Source: Betaproteobacteria bacterium (GTDB lineage Bacteria; Pseudomonadota; Gammaproteobacteria; Burkholderiales; CAIKXV01). From it: a stretch of 64,000 bases of DNA. Positions 1 through 12,309 of the stretch are shown here, piece after piece. A program made the position numbers and the translations under genes. The stretch lies in NCBI GenBank assembly GCA_947457885.1, contig CANGXU010000004.1, forward strand, positions 222-64,221, given 5' to 3'. Position 1 is the first letter of the stretch. Each line of letters begins with the position of its first letter. A model generated the notes under the pieces. It had not been told where the DNA came from and did not search any database. It saw nothing but the letters and a program-made list of their open reading frames with translations.

Positions 1-966
1 CCCCAGCTCGTATTCAAGGGCGAAGCTGGCGGCGATGTCTGCTTCCATGATCGTCTTGTGCCATTGCCACGCCTCGCGCATCGGCTCGCCGAGCTCCTGC
101 ACGCCGATGCAGGATCCCAGTGTCTCGACCAGCTCCTCGAAGGCCAGCGTCGTCCCGGCCTCGGCCCGCTCCCACATCGGCGTGCGCACGAAGGCCAGCT
201 TCGGCCGCAACGGGGGCGACTGCTCGAGGATGGTGCGAAACGCCGGCGGCGCGAACGGGTGGGTCGCCGGATCGCCGGCATCGAACCCGGCGAGGGACTC
301 CATGCATAACGCGATGTCGTCGAGGTGGCGGGCAAAGACGCTGACGGTGTCGAGTGCAGGCGAGCGCTTCAGGATGCCGGTACGCGGCACCAGTCCGAAG
401 CTGGGCTTGAAGCCGTAGACACCGCAGAACGCAGCCGCCCGGATCGCCGATCCGTCGGTCTGCGTCCCGATCGCAAGCGGCACCATGCCGGCGGCGACGG
501 CAGCGGCCGAGCCGCTAGAGGAGCCGCCAGGCGTGCGAGCAAGGTCATGGGGGTTGCGTGTCTTGCCCGGCGCGAGGGGAGCGAGTTCGGTCGTGACCGT
601 CTTGCCGGCGATGAGCGCGCCGCTGCGACGAAGCATCGCCACGACCGCAGCGTCGCCATCGGAACGCCGTCCGGCATGCAGGACCGTGCCGTTCTCCGTG
701 GGCAGGTCGACGGTGTCGATGATGTCCGCGATGCCGACGGGTACGCCGTGCAGCGGACCCAGGCTGCGTCCGCTGCGCCGTTCCTCGTCGGCCCGTCGTG
801 CCTGATCGAGCGCATGGTCTCGATCGATGAACGCCCAGGCGCCGACGTCGCCCTCGCGCGATTCGATCTGGGCGAGACAGGCGTTCATCAGATCCTCCGC
901 GCCCAGTTCACCTTCCCGGATCGCCTTCGCTGCGTCGGTCGCGCGTATCCATTGCAGGCCGTCCAT
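1..966 (-). CDS. Amidase signature family protein (3' end runs off the window)
   Basis: Hand translation from ATG 966: MDGLQWIRATDAAKAIREGEL...GPLHGVPVGIADIID...GKTVTTE...RTPGGSSSGSAAAVAAGMVPLAIGTQTDGSAIRAAAFCGVYGFKPSFG. Absent from the ORF track because it has no stop inside the window. Confidence 0.9.
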   Translation of the reverse strand, partial: MDGLQWIRATDAAKAIREGELGAEDLMNACLAQIESREGDVGAWAFIDRDHALDQARRADEERRSGRSLGPLHGVPVGIADIIDTVDLPTENGTVLHAGRRSDGDAAVVAMLRRSGALIAGKTVTTELAPLAPGKTRNPHDLARTPGGSSSGSAAAVAAGMVPLAIGTQTDGSAIRAAAFCGVYGFKPSFGLVPRTGILKRSPALDTVSVFARHLDDIALCMESLAGFDAGDPATHPFAPPAFRTILEQSPPLRPKLAFVRTPMWERAEAGTTLAFEELVETLGSCIGVQELGEPMREAWQWHKTIMEADIAASFALEYELG

Positions 967-1294
967 CGTCTTCGCTTCCTCATCCGTTTGAAACATCGTC
1001 AACAATCGCTATACCAGAAAACGCGGGCGTTCCTGCGAATCCCTGCGACTCCCTGCCAAACACGGCACGGCCAGGCTCCGCAGGCCACTGCCGGCCGCAT
1101 CGTGACGTTCTACAATCCGGGCAGACGCAACTGCGCGCGCGAGCTGGCCAGACTGGCCTGGCACCGCGCCGCCAGGCAGGCAGGTCCAGCGCGCGACGGC
1201 GGCATGGGAGCCATTCCTTGGTATCCGTAGAAGGCCGGAAAGCTCAGTTGAACGATCACCGTCGAGCCGCCGCTTCGGTGGGCCTGCCCTGCGC

Positions 1295-2584
1295 GTGGTG
1301 CCCGTGAGCCCCGCTGCGCCTGCGGACCAGCGCTCGCTGGCGCGGCTGGTTGCGCTGGTCTGCGCCGCACAGGTGCTGGTGCAGATAGGTGCTTTCTTCT
1401 GGCCGGCGCTCCTGCCCGGCATGATGCAGCGCTGGTCGCTCACCAACAGCGAAGCCGGCTGGATCACGGCGGCGTTCTACGGTGCCTACATGCTCGCGGT
1501 ACCGGTGCTGGTGACTCTCACCGACCGCGTCGATCCGAAGCGCGTGTATCTGTTCGGAGTGGGCTGCACCGTTGCCGGGCACCTGCTGTTCGGGCTTTAC
1601 GCCGACGGCTTCTGGTCCGCGCTTGCGCTGCGTGCGCTGACCGGCATAGGCTGGGCCGGCACCTACATGACCGGGCTGAAGCTGCTCGCCGACCGGGTCG
1701 ATCGCCAGCTGATGTCGCGCGCGGTCACAGGTCATGCGGCGTCGATCGGCGTATCGGGCGCCGCCTCGTTCGCCTGTGCCGATCTGCTGGACGGGCTGTT
1801 CGGATGGCGCGCCGCCTTCGGCATCGTCGCCGCCACGGCTGCGCTCGCATGGCTGCTGGTGGCCTGGCGGGTGCCGCCCCAGAAGACACCCGCAGCGCGA
1901 CCGAAGCCCGCGGACGGCGGCGCGCTTTTTGACTTCCGGCCCGTACTGGCGAACCGCTCGGCAATGGCCTATGCGCTCGCCTACTGCGTGCATACGCTCG
2001 AGATGAACGCGATCCGCGGCTGGGGCGTTGCCTTCCTCGGCTACGTCGCGCTGGTCACAGGTGGCGCGCCTGCCGCGCTGGCACCGACCACCGTTCTGAC
2101 GCTGCTGGCGCTCGCCGGCACGATGGCGAGCATCGCCGGCAATGAAGCGTCGATCCGGCTGGGCCGCCGCCGGCTGGTTACGCTGGCGATGGTCGCTTCG
2201 ACCGTGCTGGCAGCCTGCATAGGCTGGCTCGGCAGTGCCAGCTATGGCCTCGCGGTAGGCCTGGTGTTCCTTTGGGGGATGGTGGCCTGGCTCGATTCGT
2301 CATCGCTCACCGCGGGCAGCGCCGGCACTGCGGACCCGGCGCGGCGTGGCGCAACGCTGGCGGTGCATTCGATGCTCGGCTACGCCGGTGGCTTCGTCGG
2401 CCCCCTGCTGGTCGGCTTCATCCTCGACCTGTCCGGCGGCATGTCCGCTCCAGGCTGGAGTGCCGCGTTCGCCTCGATCGCGGTCCTGATGCTCGCTGCG
2501 CTGACGGCTTTCCGGATCATCCGGCCGCGCGAGCTGGAGGGAGACGCCGGCGCACCAGCCGTGCGTCAGGTGCCCCCGGGATGA
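1295..2584 (+). CDS. MFS transporter
   Basis: About 12 hydrophobic segments; MFS motif-A-like 'TLTDRVDPKRV' and 'SIRLGRRR'. Confidence 0.9.
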   Translation: MVPVSPAAPADQRSLARLVALVCAAQVLVQIGAFFWPALLPGMMQRWSLTNSEAGWITAAFYGAYMLAVPVLVTLTDRVDPKRVYLFGVGCTVAGHLLFGLYADGFWSALALRALTGIGWAGTYMTGLKLLADRVDRQLMSRAVTGHAASIGVSGAASFACADLLDGLFGWRAAFGIVAATAALAWLLVAWRVPPQKTPAARPKPADGGALFDFRPVLANRSAMAYALAYCVHTLEMNAIRGWGVAFLGYVALVTGGAPAALAPTTVLTLLALAGTMASIAGNEASIRLGRRRLVTLAMVASTVLAACIGWLGSASYGLAVGLVFLWGMVAWLDSSSLTAGSAGTADPARRGATLAVHSMLGYAGGFVGPLLVGFILDLSGGMSAPGWSAAFASIAVLMLAALTAFRIIRPRELEGDAGAPAVRQVPPG

Positions 2585-2618
2585 CCCACCCTGGCAGGCA
2601 AGGCCACGGCCGCCCCCC

Positions 2619-3548
2619 TCAGACGGGGCGATCGACTACTGGCTCGAACGGCCTCGGACGATAGCCGAAGTCGCGTTGCGCATCGCCATGGTCGAACACC
2701 ATGTCCTTGGCCATCCGACGCGCCATCTCGATGTTGAAGTCACGGTAGCGCGGGACGCACGACAGGCACCAGAGTGCGAGGCCGACGGCAACCACCGGCA
2801 CCGGCAGCCATCGCGGTGGACGGCCTACGGCCTGGAAGATCCTCAGCACCAACTCTCGGTAGGACAGCACCTCGCTGCCGGACAGGTCGTAGGCACGCCC
2901 TTCACTGCCCGGGCTGGCCAGCGCCGACACGCAGGCGGCGGCAAGGTCGTCCGCATGCACCGGCTGCCGCAGACCTGCGCCACCGCCCACCAGCGGGAAC
3001 ACCCCGAAGCGCCGGATCGCCGCCGCGATAACCATCACGTTACGGTCGAGACCGGCACCGTAGATCAGGGTCGGCCGGAACAGCGTCCAGCCGATGCCAG
3101 CCGCCGTGCAGCTGCGCGCAAGCCCGGTCTCGCCGGCCTCGAGATCCGCGACGATGCGCTGCTCCCTCGGATGGGTCGAGCCGGCTTTCGTGAAACGGCT
3201 GGTGGAGCCGAATGCGATCACCCGGCGGAGGGCAGGCGAACGGGCGGACTCAAGCTGCCTTGGCACCAGCCTCAAGGGGCCAAGGTGAATCCACGAGTCG
3301 CACCCTTCAGTCCAGCCAGCATCGAGCGAGTGCTCCAGGTCGGCCTGGATCCAGCGCGCCGCGCCATGCCCCACCCAGCGCTCGCCGAAGGAAGCCACCG
3401 CCTGAGCCTCCGGTCGGCGCGAGACCGCGATCACGCGGAAGCCCGCCGCCGCCAGGCGTGGCAGCAGAAAGAAACCGACCTGGCTCGCGGCGCCCGTGAC
3501 CACGACCGATCCCCGTGGCGAAAGAGCCGGCAGCGCGGGCAGATTCAT
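2619..3548 (-). CDS. NAD-dependent epimerase/dehydratase (extended SDR) family protein
   Basis: N-terminal VVVTGAASQVG Rossmann motif; 'FRPTLIYG'; 'RQPVHADDLA'. Confidence 0.85.
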   Translation of the reverse strand: MNLPALPALSPRGSVVVTGAASQVGFFLLPRLAAAGFRVIAVSRRPEAQAVASFGERWVGHGAARWIQADLEHSLDAGWTEGCDSWIHLGPLRLVPRQLESARSPALRRVIAFGSTSRFTKAGSTHPREQRIVADLEAGETGLARSCTAAGIGWTLFRPTLIYGAGLDRNVMVIAAAIRRFGVFPLVGGGAGLRQPVHADDLAAACVSALASPGSEGRAYDLSGSEVLSYRELVLRIFQAVGRPPRWLPVPVVAVGLALWCLSCVPRYRDFNIEMARRMAKDMVFDHGDAQRDFGYRPRPFEPVVDRPV

Positions 3549-3576
3549 GCCCGAACACCAGCGCGGCGCGGGTGCT

Positions 3577-4389
3577 TCACGGTTTCCTCGCAGACAGCGC
3601 GGCCTCGACGCGCGCCAGCGCCTCGCGCGCGGCGCGCAATTCGTCGAGCAATGGCGCGTCGCCGTCAGCTGCGGCCTCGCGACCCGCGTCGGCCGCCTCG
3701 ATCGCCTTGCTCTCCTCCAGGCTGTTGATGACGACCGCGATGAACAGATTGATCATGACGAACGTGCCGATGATCACGAACGAGATGAAGTAGACCCACG
3801 CCCAGGGCGCCGTCTCCATCGCGGCATACATCACCTCGGCCCACCCCTCCAGCGTCGCAATCTGGAAGAGAGTAAGCAGCGCAGCCCCCAGCGTGCCCCA
3901 GCGCTCCGGATCCGTGCCATGGAACAGATGGTAGCCGGCCACTGCATAGATGTAGAACAGCAGCGCCACCAGCATCAGCACATGCCCCATGCCCGGCAGC
4001 GCATGGACCAGTGTGGCCACCACCAGCCGCAGCTTGGGCACCGCCGAAACCAGCCGCAGCACACGCAGCAGCCGCACCATCCGCGCGATCATCGCGAGTT
4101 CGCCGGAGAATGGCAGAAGGGACAGCGCCACGATGGTGAAGTCGAACAGGTTCCAGCCGTCGCCGAAGTAGCGGCGCCATGCAGGCGCGACGGCAGCGAG
4201 CTTCAAGCCGACCTCGGCGACGAATGCAGCGAGGATCAGGTGGTGCACCCATTCGATCGTGCGGCCGGCGTGTGCGACGACGGTCGTCGAGGTCTCCAGG
4301 CCGACCAGCACTCCGTTGAGCACGATCAGCGCAATGATCAGGCGCTCGAAGCGCCGGTCGCCGACGATGCGGCGGGCCATCAGGTTCAT
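3577..4389 (-). CDS. Single-domain 6-TM voltage-gated cation channel (BacNav/BacCav-like ion transporter)
   Basis: S3 'DGWNLFDF'; S4 'ARMVRLLRVLRL' with 4 Arg; pore 'LFQIATLEGWAE'; S6 'MINLFIAVVINSL'; C-terminal coiled coil. Start set at ATG 4389. Confidence 0.92.
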   Translation of the reverse strand: MNLMARRIVGDRRFERLIIALIVLNGVLVGLETSTTVVAHAGRTIEWVHHLILAAFVAEVGLKLAAVAPAWRRYFGDGWNLFDFTIVALSLLPFSGELAMIARMVRLLRVLRLVSAVPKLRLVVATLVHALPGMGHVLMLVALLFYIYAVAGYHLFHGTDPERWGTLGAALLTLFQIATLEGWAEVMYAAMETAPWAWVYFISFVIIGTFVMINLFIAVVINSLEESKAIEAADAGREAAADGDAPLLDELRAAREALARVEAALSARKP

Positions 4390-4635
4390 CGGGAGGGCAA
4401 CTTCCTTGTCGGGTCGGACTTGCGTGCGCCATGCGCCGCTCGACGACCGCGGTACCGACCGGCTCCGGAACGGACATGCTCCGTCCGGGGAATATACCGG
4501 GTCCGGACGGAGATGAAGGCCGGCACAACCCTTTTGCAGGTGCTTTTGCTTGTCCCTCATAAGCCGGAAAGCGAACCGTACCGAACGTGCTCCTGGCGGA
4601 CGACGATCCCTGAAAATCCGTTGCCGCGCCTTCGA

Positions 4636-7221
<2,586 letters not shown>

Positions 7222-7255
7222 GGGGTTGGGCCCTCCGTTTTCTCGTCTTAGAGCA

Positions 7256-7283
7256 AGATTGGGGTTCGTCGCCCGCTTTCAAG
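7256..7283 (-). promoter_or_regulatory. Sigma32 (RpoH)-type heat-shock promoter of clpB
   Basis: Minus strand reads CTTGAA-N13-CCCCAATCT about 35 nt upstream of the clpB ATG, close to the CTTGAA-N13/14-CCCCATNT consensus. Confidence 0.75.
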
Positions 7284-7335
7284 ACCAGCGGCGCCGCGAA
7301 GGCTGCCTGGCCCGAGGCTCTGCTATCCTGCCGCC

Positions 7336-7584
7336 ATGGAAGATCGTCCTCGTGACACCCCTGCTGCAGCGGCCGACGCTGCCACGCCAGCCCCGAAGCG
7401 GGCCGGACCGCTGGCGGTCGCACGCGCCGTTCTGGGAAGCTTCCTCGGCATCCGCAAGGCGCGCGACCTCGAATCCGATTCGCGCTCGATCACGCCGGTA
7501 CAGGCGATCATCGGCGGCCTGATCGGCGCGGCGGTACTGGTCGCGTCCCTGCTCGGCCTGGTGCTCTTCATCACCCGCGGCTGA
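7336..7584 (+). CDS. Small membrane protein, DUF2970-like
   Basis: '[18 protein letters not shown]...[16 protein letters not shown]' pattern typical of DUF2970. Confidence 0.75.
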   Translation: MEDRPRDTPAAAADAATPAPKRAGPLAVARAVLGSFLGIRKARDLESDSRSITPVQAIIGGLIGAAVLVASLLGLVLFITRG

Positions 7585-7623
7585 GCGCACTAGCCGGCAG
7601 GCGCCTCTACTGGCGGCACCCGC

Positions 7624-9126
7624 TCAGGCGTGCAGCACCCCGCGGCCGCGTGCCCCGGCCGTCGGGTAGGGATGCATCATGCTGAGCGCGATGCTGCGGT
7701 TCGCATCCTGCACGATGCGTACATGTTCGCGCCGCAGTTCTCGCGCATGCCTCAGCCCGCACGAATGCGCGATCATGTCGATTTCCTTTGCCATGTTCCG
7801 CGCGTAGTGCGCCACGCGCAGGTATTTTTCCTCGACCACCAGCCCACGCTGCAGGCGGCGGTTATGGGTTGCCACGCCACTCGGGCAGGTATTCGTGTGG
7901 CAGCGCAGTGCCTGGATGCAGCCCAGGGCCAGCATGAAGCCACGGGCGGTATTCACGAAGTCGGCACCGGCGCACAAAGCCCACGCCGCCTTCGCCGAGG
8001 TCACCAGCTTGCCCGAGGCAACTACCCGCACGCGGTCGCGCAGCCCTGCCTCGATCAAGGCATCCACGATACTCGGCAGCGCTTCGGTGATCGGCAGGGC
8101 CATGTGGTCGGCGAGTACCTGCGGCGCTGCGCCGCTGCCACCTTCGCCGCCATCGATCACCAGGAAGTCCGGCGCAGCGTCCAGCCCCCGCCGCAGGACG
8201 GCCTCGCACAGTTCGTTGATGAAGTCCCGGCCACCGACGGCCGTCTTCACGCCGCACGGACGCCCGGTCAGGTCGCGGATCATCATCACCTGGTCGAGCA
8301 GCTGGTCGATATCCGCAATGTCGAGATGGCGGTTCGGGCTGATCGAGTCTTCGTGAGGCGGTATGCCCCGGATGCGCGCGATCTCGTCGGTCACCTTCAT
8401 CGCGGGCAGTACGCCACCCTTGCCGGGCTTGGCGCCCTGGGACAGCTTGATCTCGAAGGCGCCCACCGCGTGGCCGAGTTCCCTCAGCCGGTCCCGGTCA
8501 AGGCTGCCATCGAGGCTGCGAACGCCGTACTTGGCGGTACCGATCTGCATGATCACATCGCAGCCACCTTCGAGGTGGTAGGGCGACAGGCCGCCCTCTC
8601 CGGTGTCCATCCAGCAGCCGGCCTCCTTCGCTCCCATCGACAGTGCCCGCACCGCCGGTGCCGAGATCGCACCGAAACTCATGCCGCTGACATTGACGAC
8701 CGACCGCCCGGGCAGCGGATAACGGCAATGCCCTTCCCCGATGAGCAGCGCTGGCGTGGGTAGCCGGTCGGCCTCGAGCACCGGGAACGGCGCATTGGCG
8801 AACAGGATCGATCCCGGCTGACGCAGGTCGTAGGTGGAACCGAACCCGACGATGCCACCCTCGTTCTTCGCCAGCCGGTAGACCCAGCCGCGCGTGGCGC
8901 GGTTGAACGGCATCTCGTCACGATCCCCGGCGAAGAAGTACTGCCGGAAGTACTCGCCGAGGTTCTCGAAGAAGTAGCGCAGGTGACCGATCACCGGATA
9001 GTTGCGCAGGATCGTGTGCCGCTGCTGGGTGATGTCACGCAGCAGCACGAACACCAGAGCGACCAGGACGACAAACCCGGCGATGGTACCCAGCCCCCAT
9101 GACACGACATGCGTGATGTCCGACAT
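7624..9126 (-). CDS. FMN-binding glutamate synthase family protein
   Basis: 'SGMSFGA', 'DTGEGG', 'EIKLSQGAKPGKGG', 'DGGEGGSGAAP', 'GCIQALRCHTNTCPSGVAT' (3Fe-4S Cys motif); N-terminal TM. Confidence 0.92.
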   Translation of the reverse strand: MSDITHVVSWGLGTIAGFVVLVALVFVLLRDITQQRHTILRNYPVIGHLRYFFENLGEYFRQYFFAGDRDEMPFNRATRGWVYRLAKNEGGIVGFGSTYDLRQPGSILFANAPFPVLEADRLPTPALLIGEGHCRYPLPGRSVVNVSGMSFGAISAPAVRALSMGAKEAGCWMDTGEGGLSPYHLEGGCDVIMQIGTAKYGVRSLDGSLDRDRLRELGHAVGAFEIKLSQGAKPGKGGVLPAMKVTDEIARIRGIPPHEDSISPNRHLDIADIDQLLDQVMMIRDLTGRPCGVKTAVGGRDFINELCEAVLRRGLDAAPDFLVIDGGEGGSGAAPQVLADHMALPITEALPSIVDALIEAGLRDRVRVVASGKLVTSAKAAWALCAGADFVNTARGFMLALGCIQALRCHTNTCPSGVATHNRRLQRGLVVEEKYLRVAHYARNMAKEIDMIAHSCGLRHARELRREHVRIVQDANRSIALSMMHPYPTAGARGRGVLHA

Positions 9127-9264
9127 CGAGGATTCCCCCCCCGCGCGCAGTATCGTCTGCCTTTATCGGCGCGGCCGGCGCACGCTGAAGACGGCCACCG
9201 GGCGATCATAAGTGCAATTGGCTAGAATCGACGCCTGCAGAGTCGTCACCACCCCAGAGAACGC

Positions 9265-10110
9265 ATGAGCTTCCCGCCAGAACTGATCGCCCGCCACGCC
9301 GAAGAGGATGCCCGCCGGGCACTGGACGAAGACGTCGGCAGCGGTGACCTGACCGCCGCGCTGATCGCGGAACAGACCCGCTTGCGTGCTCGGGTGGTTG
9401 CGCGCGAGGCGGCAGTGCTGTGCGGGCGGCCGTGGTTCGATGCGGTCTTCCGGCTGGTCGATCCGTCGGCTTCGGTCGAGTGGCTGGTCGCCGAAGGCGA
9501 GCGCGTGGCCCCCGGGCAGGCACTGTGCCGAGTCGGCGGCGCAGCGCGCTCGCTGCTCACCGCCGAGCGTGCCGCCCTGAATTTCCTGCAGCTGCTTTCG
9601 GGCGTCGCCACGCGCACCCGCCAGTATGTCGACGCGATCGCAGGCGCACCGGCGCGGATCCTCGATACGCGCAAGACGCTGCCCGGCCTGCGCTTCGCGC
9701 AGAAGTACGCGGTGGTCACCGGCGGCGGCGCCAACCACCGCATGGGCCTCTACGACATGGTGCTGGTCAAGGAAAACCATATCGCGGCCGCTGGCGGCAT
9801 CACGGCAGCGATCCGGGCCGCAGCCCGTGTGGCGCCGGGCAAGCCGCTCCAGGTCGAGGTCGAGACCGAGGCGCAACTCGCCGAGGCGCTCGACGCCGGC
9901 GCAACGCTGATCCTGCTTGACAACTTCTCGGTCGAACGGATGCATGCGGCTGTGGCGTTTACCGCTGGCCGCGCACGCCTCGAGGCCTCTGGCGGCATCA
10001 CCCTCGACACGGTGCGCGCGATTGGCGCGACCGGCGTCGACCGTATCTCGGTGGGCAACCTCACCAAGGACGTGCGCGCACTCGACCTGTCGATGCGCTT
10101 CGAGGCTTAG
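9265..10110 (+). CDS. nadC: Nicotinate-nucleotide diphosphorylase (quinolinate phosphoribosyltransferase)
   Basis: 'EDVGSGDLT', 'ERAALNFLQ', '[10 protein letters not shown]', 'NHRMGLYD', 'KENH', 'EASGGI'. Confidence 0.97.
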   Translation: MSFPPELIARHAEEDARRALDEDVGSGDLTAALIAEQTRLRARVVAREAAVLCGRPWFDAVFRLVDPSASVEWLVAEGERVAPGQALCRVGGAARSLLTAERAALNFLQLLSGVATRTRQYVDAIAGAPARILDTRKTLPGLRFAQKYAVVTGGGANHRMGLYDMVLVKENHIAAAGGITAAIRAAARVAPGKPLQVEVETEAQLAEALDAGATLILLDNFSVERMHAAVAFTAGRARLEASGGITLDTVRAIGATGVDRISVGNLTKDVRALDLSMRFEA

Positions 10111-10198
10111 CGCCCCTTCACCGGCGCGCGCGGGCTGCACGTCGCCTGCCGAGCGGCACTTATCCTTATCCATTCCCTCCCTCACAGGCACCTTCACC

Positions 10199-11242
10199 AT
10201 GAATGATCGATTCCGTCCCGGACTCGCTGCCCTGCGCCTGTCGCCCATCGCGGCCATCGCCCTTTCGGCAGCCTTCGCTGCGGCGGCATTCGCGGCGCCG
10301 GTACTCGCCCAGCCCGCCGTGTCCGCACCCGCGGCGCAGGCATGGCCGACGCGACCGGTCCGCCTGGTGGCCACCTTCTCCCCCGGCGGCGGTGCAGACC
10401 TCACCGGACGCATCGTCGGCGCCCGGCTCGGCGAACTGTGGAAGCAGCCGGTCATGGTCGAGAACCGGCCTGGTGCCGGCGGCAGCCTCGGCGCCGAACT
10501 GGTGTTCCGCGCGACACCCGACGGCCATACGCTGCTGGTCGTAGCCACCACCCACACGGTCAACGCGGCCCTGCTGTCGAAGCTGCCGTTCGACCTGGTG
10601 CGCGACTTCAAGCCGGTGGCACTGGCGACCTCGGCGCCGGTGGCACTGGTCGTGCATCCGAGGGTGAAGGCATCCACGCTGCAGGAGTTCACCGGCCTGC
10701 TGCGTGCCCAGCCGGACAAGCTCGATTATGCCAGCTGTGGCATGGCCAGCACCCATCACTTCGCGATGGAGTCGTACAAGTTCGAGACGAAGACCGCAGC
10801 GCTGCACATCCCGACCAGTTGCGCGAATGCGGTCGCCATGGTGATCGGCGGACAACTGGACATCGCCGCCGTTACCCTGGCCACGGCGCTGCCGTTCGTC
10901 CAGCAGGGCAAGCTGCGTGCGATCGCGCTGGCCAGCCAGGCGCGCTCGCCGCTCGCCCCGGAGATCCCGACGTTCCGGGACTCCGGCATGCCGGAGCTCA
11001 AGGGCTATGCGGTCGACAACTACTACGGCTTCCTTGCGCCGCTGGCCACACCCGATCGCATCGTGTCGAAGATCGAAGCCGACGTGCGCACCTCCCTGCA
11101 GGACCCGGATCTGCAGAAGCGCATGGCGGCATCCGGCCTCGATCCGTTCTTCCGCTCGGCTGCCGACACCCGCAAGCTGCTGACCGCCGACATCGAGCGC
11201 AACCGACGCATCGCTGCAGTCGCGAACATCAAGCCTGAGTAG
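10199..11242 (+). CDS. Bug/TctC tripartite tricarboxylate transporter substrate-binding protein
   Basis: Signal peptide; 'WPTRPVRLVATFSPGGGADL', 'ENRPGAGG', 'PDGHTLL'. Start set at ATG 10199. Confidence 0.92.
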   Translation: MNDRFRPGLAALRLSPIAAIALSAAFAAAAFAAPVLAQPAVSAPAAQAWPTRPVRLVATFSPGGGADLTGRIVGARLGELWKQPVMVENRPGAGGSLGAELVFRATPDGHTLLVVATTHTVNAALLSKLPFDLVRDFKPVALATSAPVALVVHPRVKASTLQEFTGLLRAQPDKLDYASCGMASTHHFAMESYKFETKTAALHIPTSCANAVAMVIGGQLDIAAVTLATALPFVQQGKLRAIALASQARSPLAPEIPTFRDSGMPELKGYAVDNYYGFLAPLATPDRIVSKIEADVRTSLQDPDLQKRMAASGLDPFFRSAADTRKLLTADIERNRRIAAVANIKPE

Positions 11243-11280
11243 CCGGCGCATAATCGCGCATCCCTTCACGGAACGACTCC

Positions 11281-12297
11281 ATGCTCTCCCCTCTCCCGCG
11301 TCGTTGCGCACGGCCTCTCCCTGTCGGCCGCCTGAATGCCGCTCTGCTGTGCGCGCTCGTCGCAGTCCTGCCAGCCACCGCCACCGCGCAACAGTCCTTC
11401 CCCACCAAGCCGGTGCGTTTCGTGGCGACATTTCCACCGGGCGGGGGCGCCGATCTGACCGGCCGCATCCTGGGCGCGCGCCTCGGCGAACTGTGGAAGC
11501 AGCCGGTGGTGATCGAGAACCGCACCGGAGCCGGCGGCAGCGTCGGTGCCGAACTCGTGTCGCGAGCGAATCCGGACGGCTACACGCTGCTTCTGGTCGC
11601 CGCCTCGCATGCGGTCAACGCGGCACTGCTACCCAAACTGTCCTTCGACCTGCTGAAAGACTTCAAGCCGGTCGCGCTCGCCACCTCCGCGCCGATCCTG
11701 CTTGCGGTGAACCCCCGGGTGAAGGCGAACAACCTGCAGGAGTTCACCGGCCTGATGCGCGCCCAGCCCGACAAGCTCGACTATGCGAGCTGCGGCATGG
11801 CCACCACGCATCACTTCACGATGGAACTCTACAAGTTCGAAACCCGCACCTCCGCCCTGCACATCCCGCACAGCTGCGCGATCGCTGTCGCCAACGCGGT
11901 CGGCGGCCAGCTCGACGTGATCGCAGTCACCCTCGCGAGCGCACTGCCGTTCGTGCAGCAGGGCAAGCTGCGAGCGCTGGCCCTGAGCAGCCAGGACCGC
12001 TCGCCGCTGGCGCCCGACATTCCGACCTTCCGCGACTCGGGCATGCCCGAGCTGAAGAACTTTGCGGTCGAGAACTACTACGGCCTGCTCGCGCCGTCCG
12101 CGACACCCGATGACGTGGTGAGGAAGGTAGAGGCAGACGTACGCGGCGTGCTGCAGGAGTCCGACCTGCGCAAGAAGCTCGCGGGTGCCGGGCTCGATCC
12201 CTTCTTCCGCTCCGGTGCAGACACGGCGAAGCTGCTGCGCGCCGACGTCGAGCGCTACCGGCGTATTGCCGCCGTCGCCGGCATCAAGCAGGAGTAG
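11281..12297 (+). CDS. Bug/TctC substrate-binding protein (close paralog of the upstream gene)
   Basis: 'FPTKPVRFVATFPPGGGADL', 'ENRTGAGG', 'PDGYTLL'. Confidence 0.92.
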   Translation: MLSPLPRRCARPLPVGRLNAALLCALVAVLPATATAQQSFPTKPVRFVATFPPGGGADLTGRILGARLGELWKQPVVIENRTGAGGSVGAELVSRANPDGYTLLLVAASHAVNAALLPKLSFDLLKDFKPVALATSAPILLAVNPRVKANNLQEFTGLMRAQPDKLDYASCGMATTHHFTMELYKFETRTSALHIPHSCAIAVANAVGGQLDVIAVTLASALPFVQQGKLRALALSSQDRSPLAPDIPTFRDSGMPELKNFAVENYYGLLAPSATPDDVVRKVEADVRGVLQESDLRKKLAGAGLDPFFRSGADTAKLLRADVERYRRIAAVAGIKQE

Positions 12298-12309
12298 GCG
12301 CGCGACCGG

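Noticed and set aside
1111-1290. Structured GC-rich leader before the MFS gene as a riboswitch (e.g. guanidine-I)
   Set aside because: Stems are possible, but I could not match the conserved nucleotides of any known class; an Infernal/Rfam search would be needed.
4573-4586. GAAC-N6-GAAC upstream of the channel gene as a second LexA site
   Set aside because: The spacer is 6 nt, not 7, and the target is not a repair gene.
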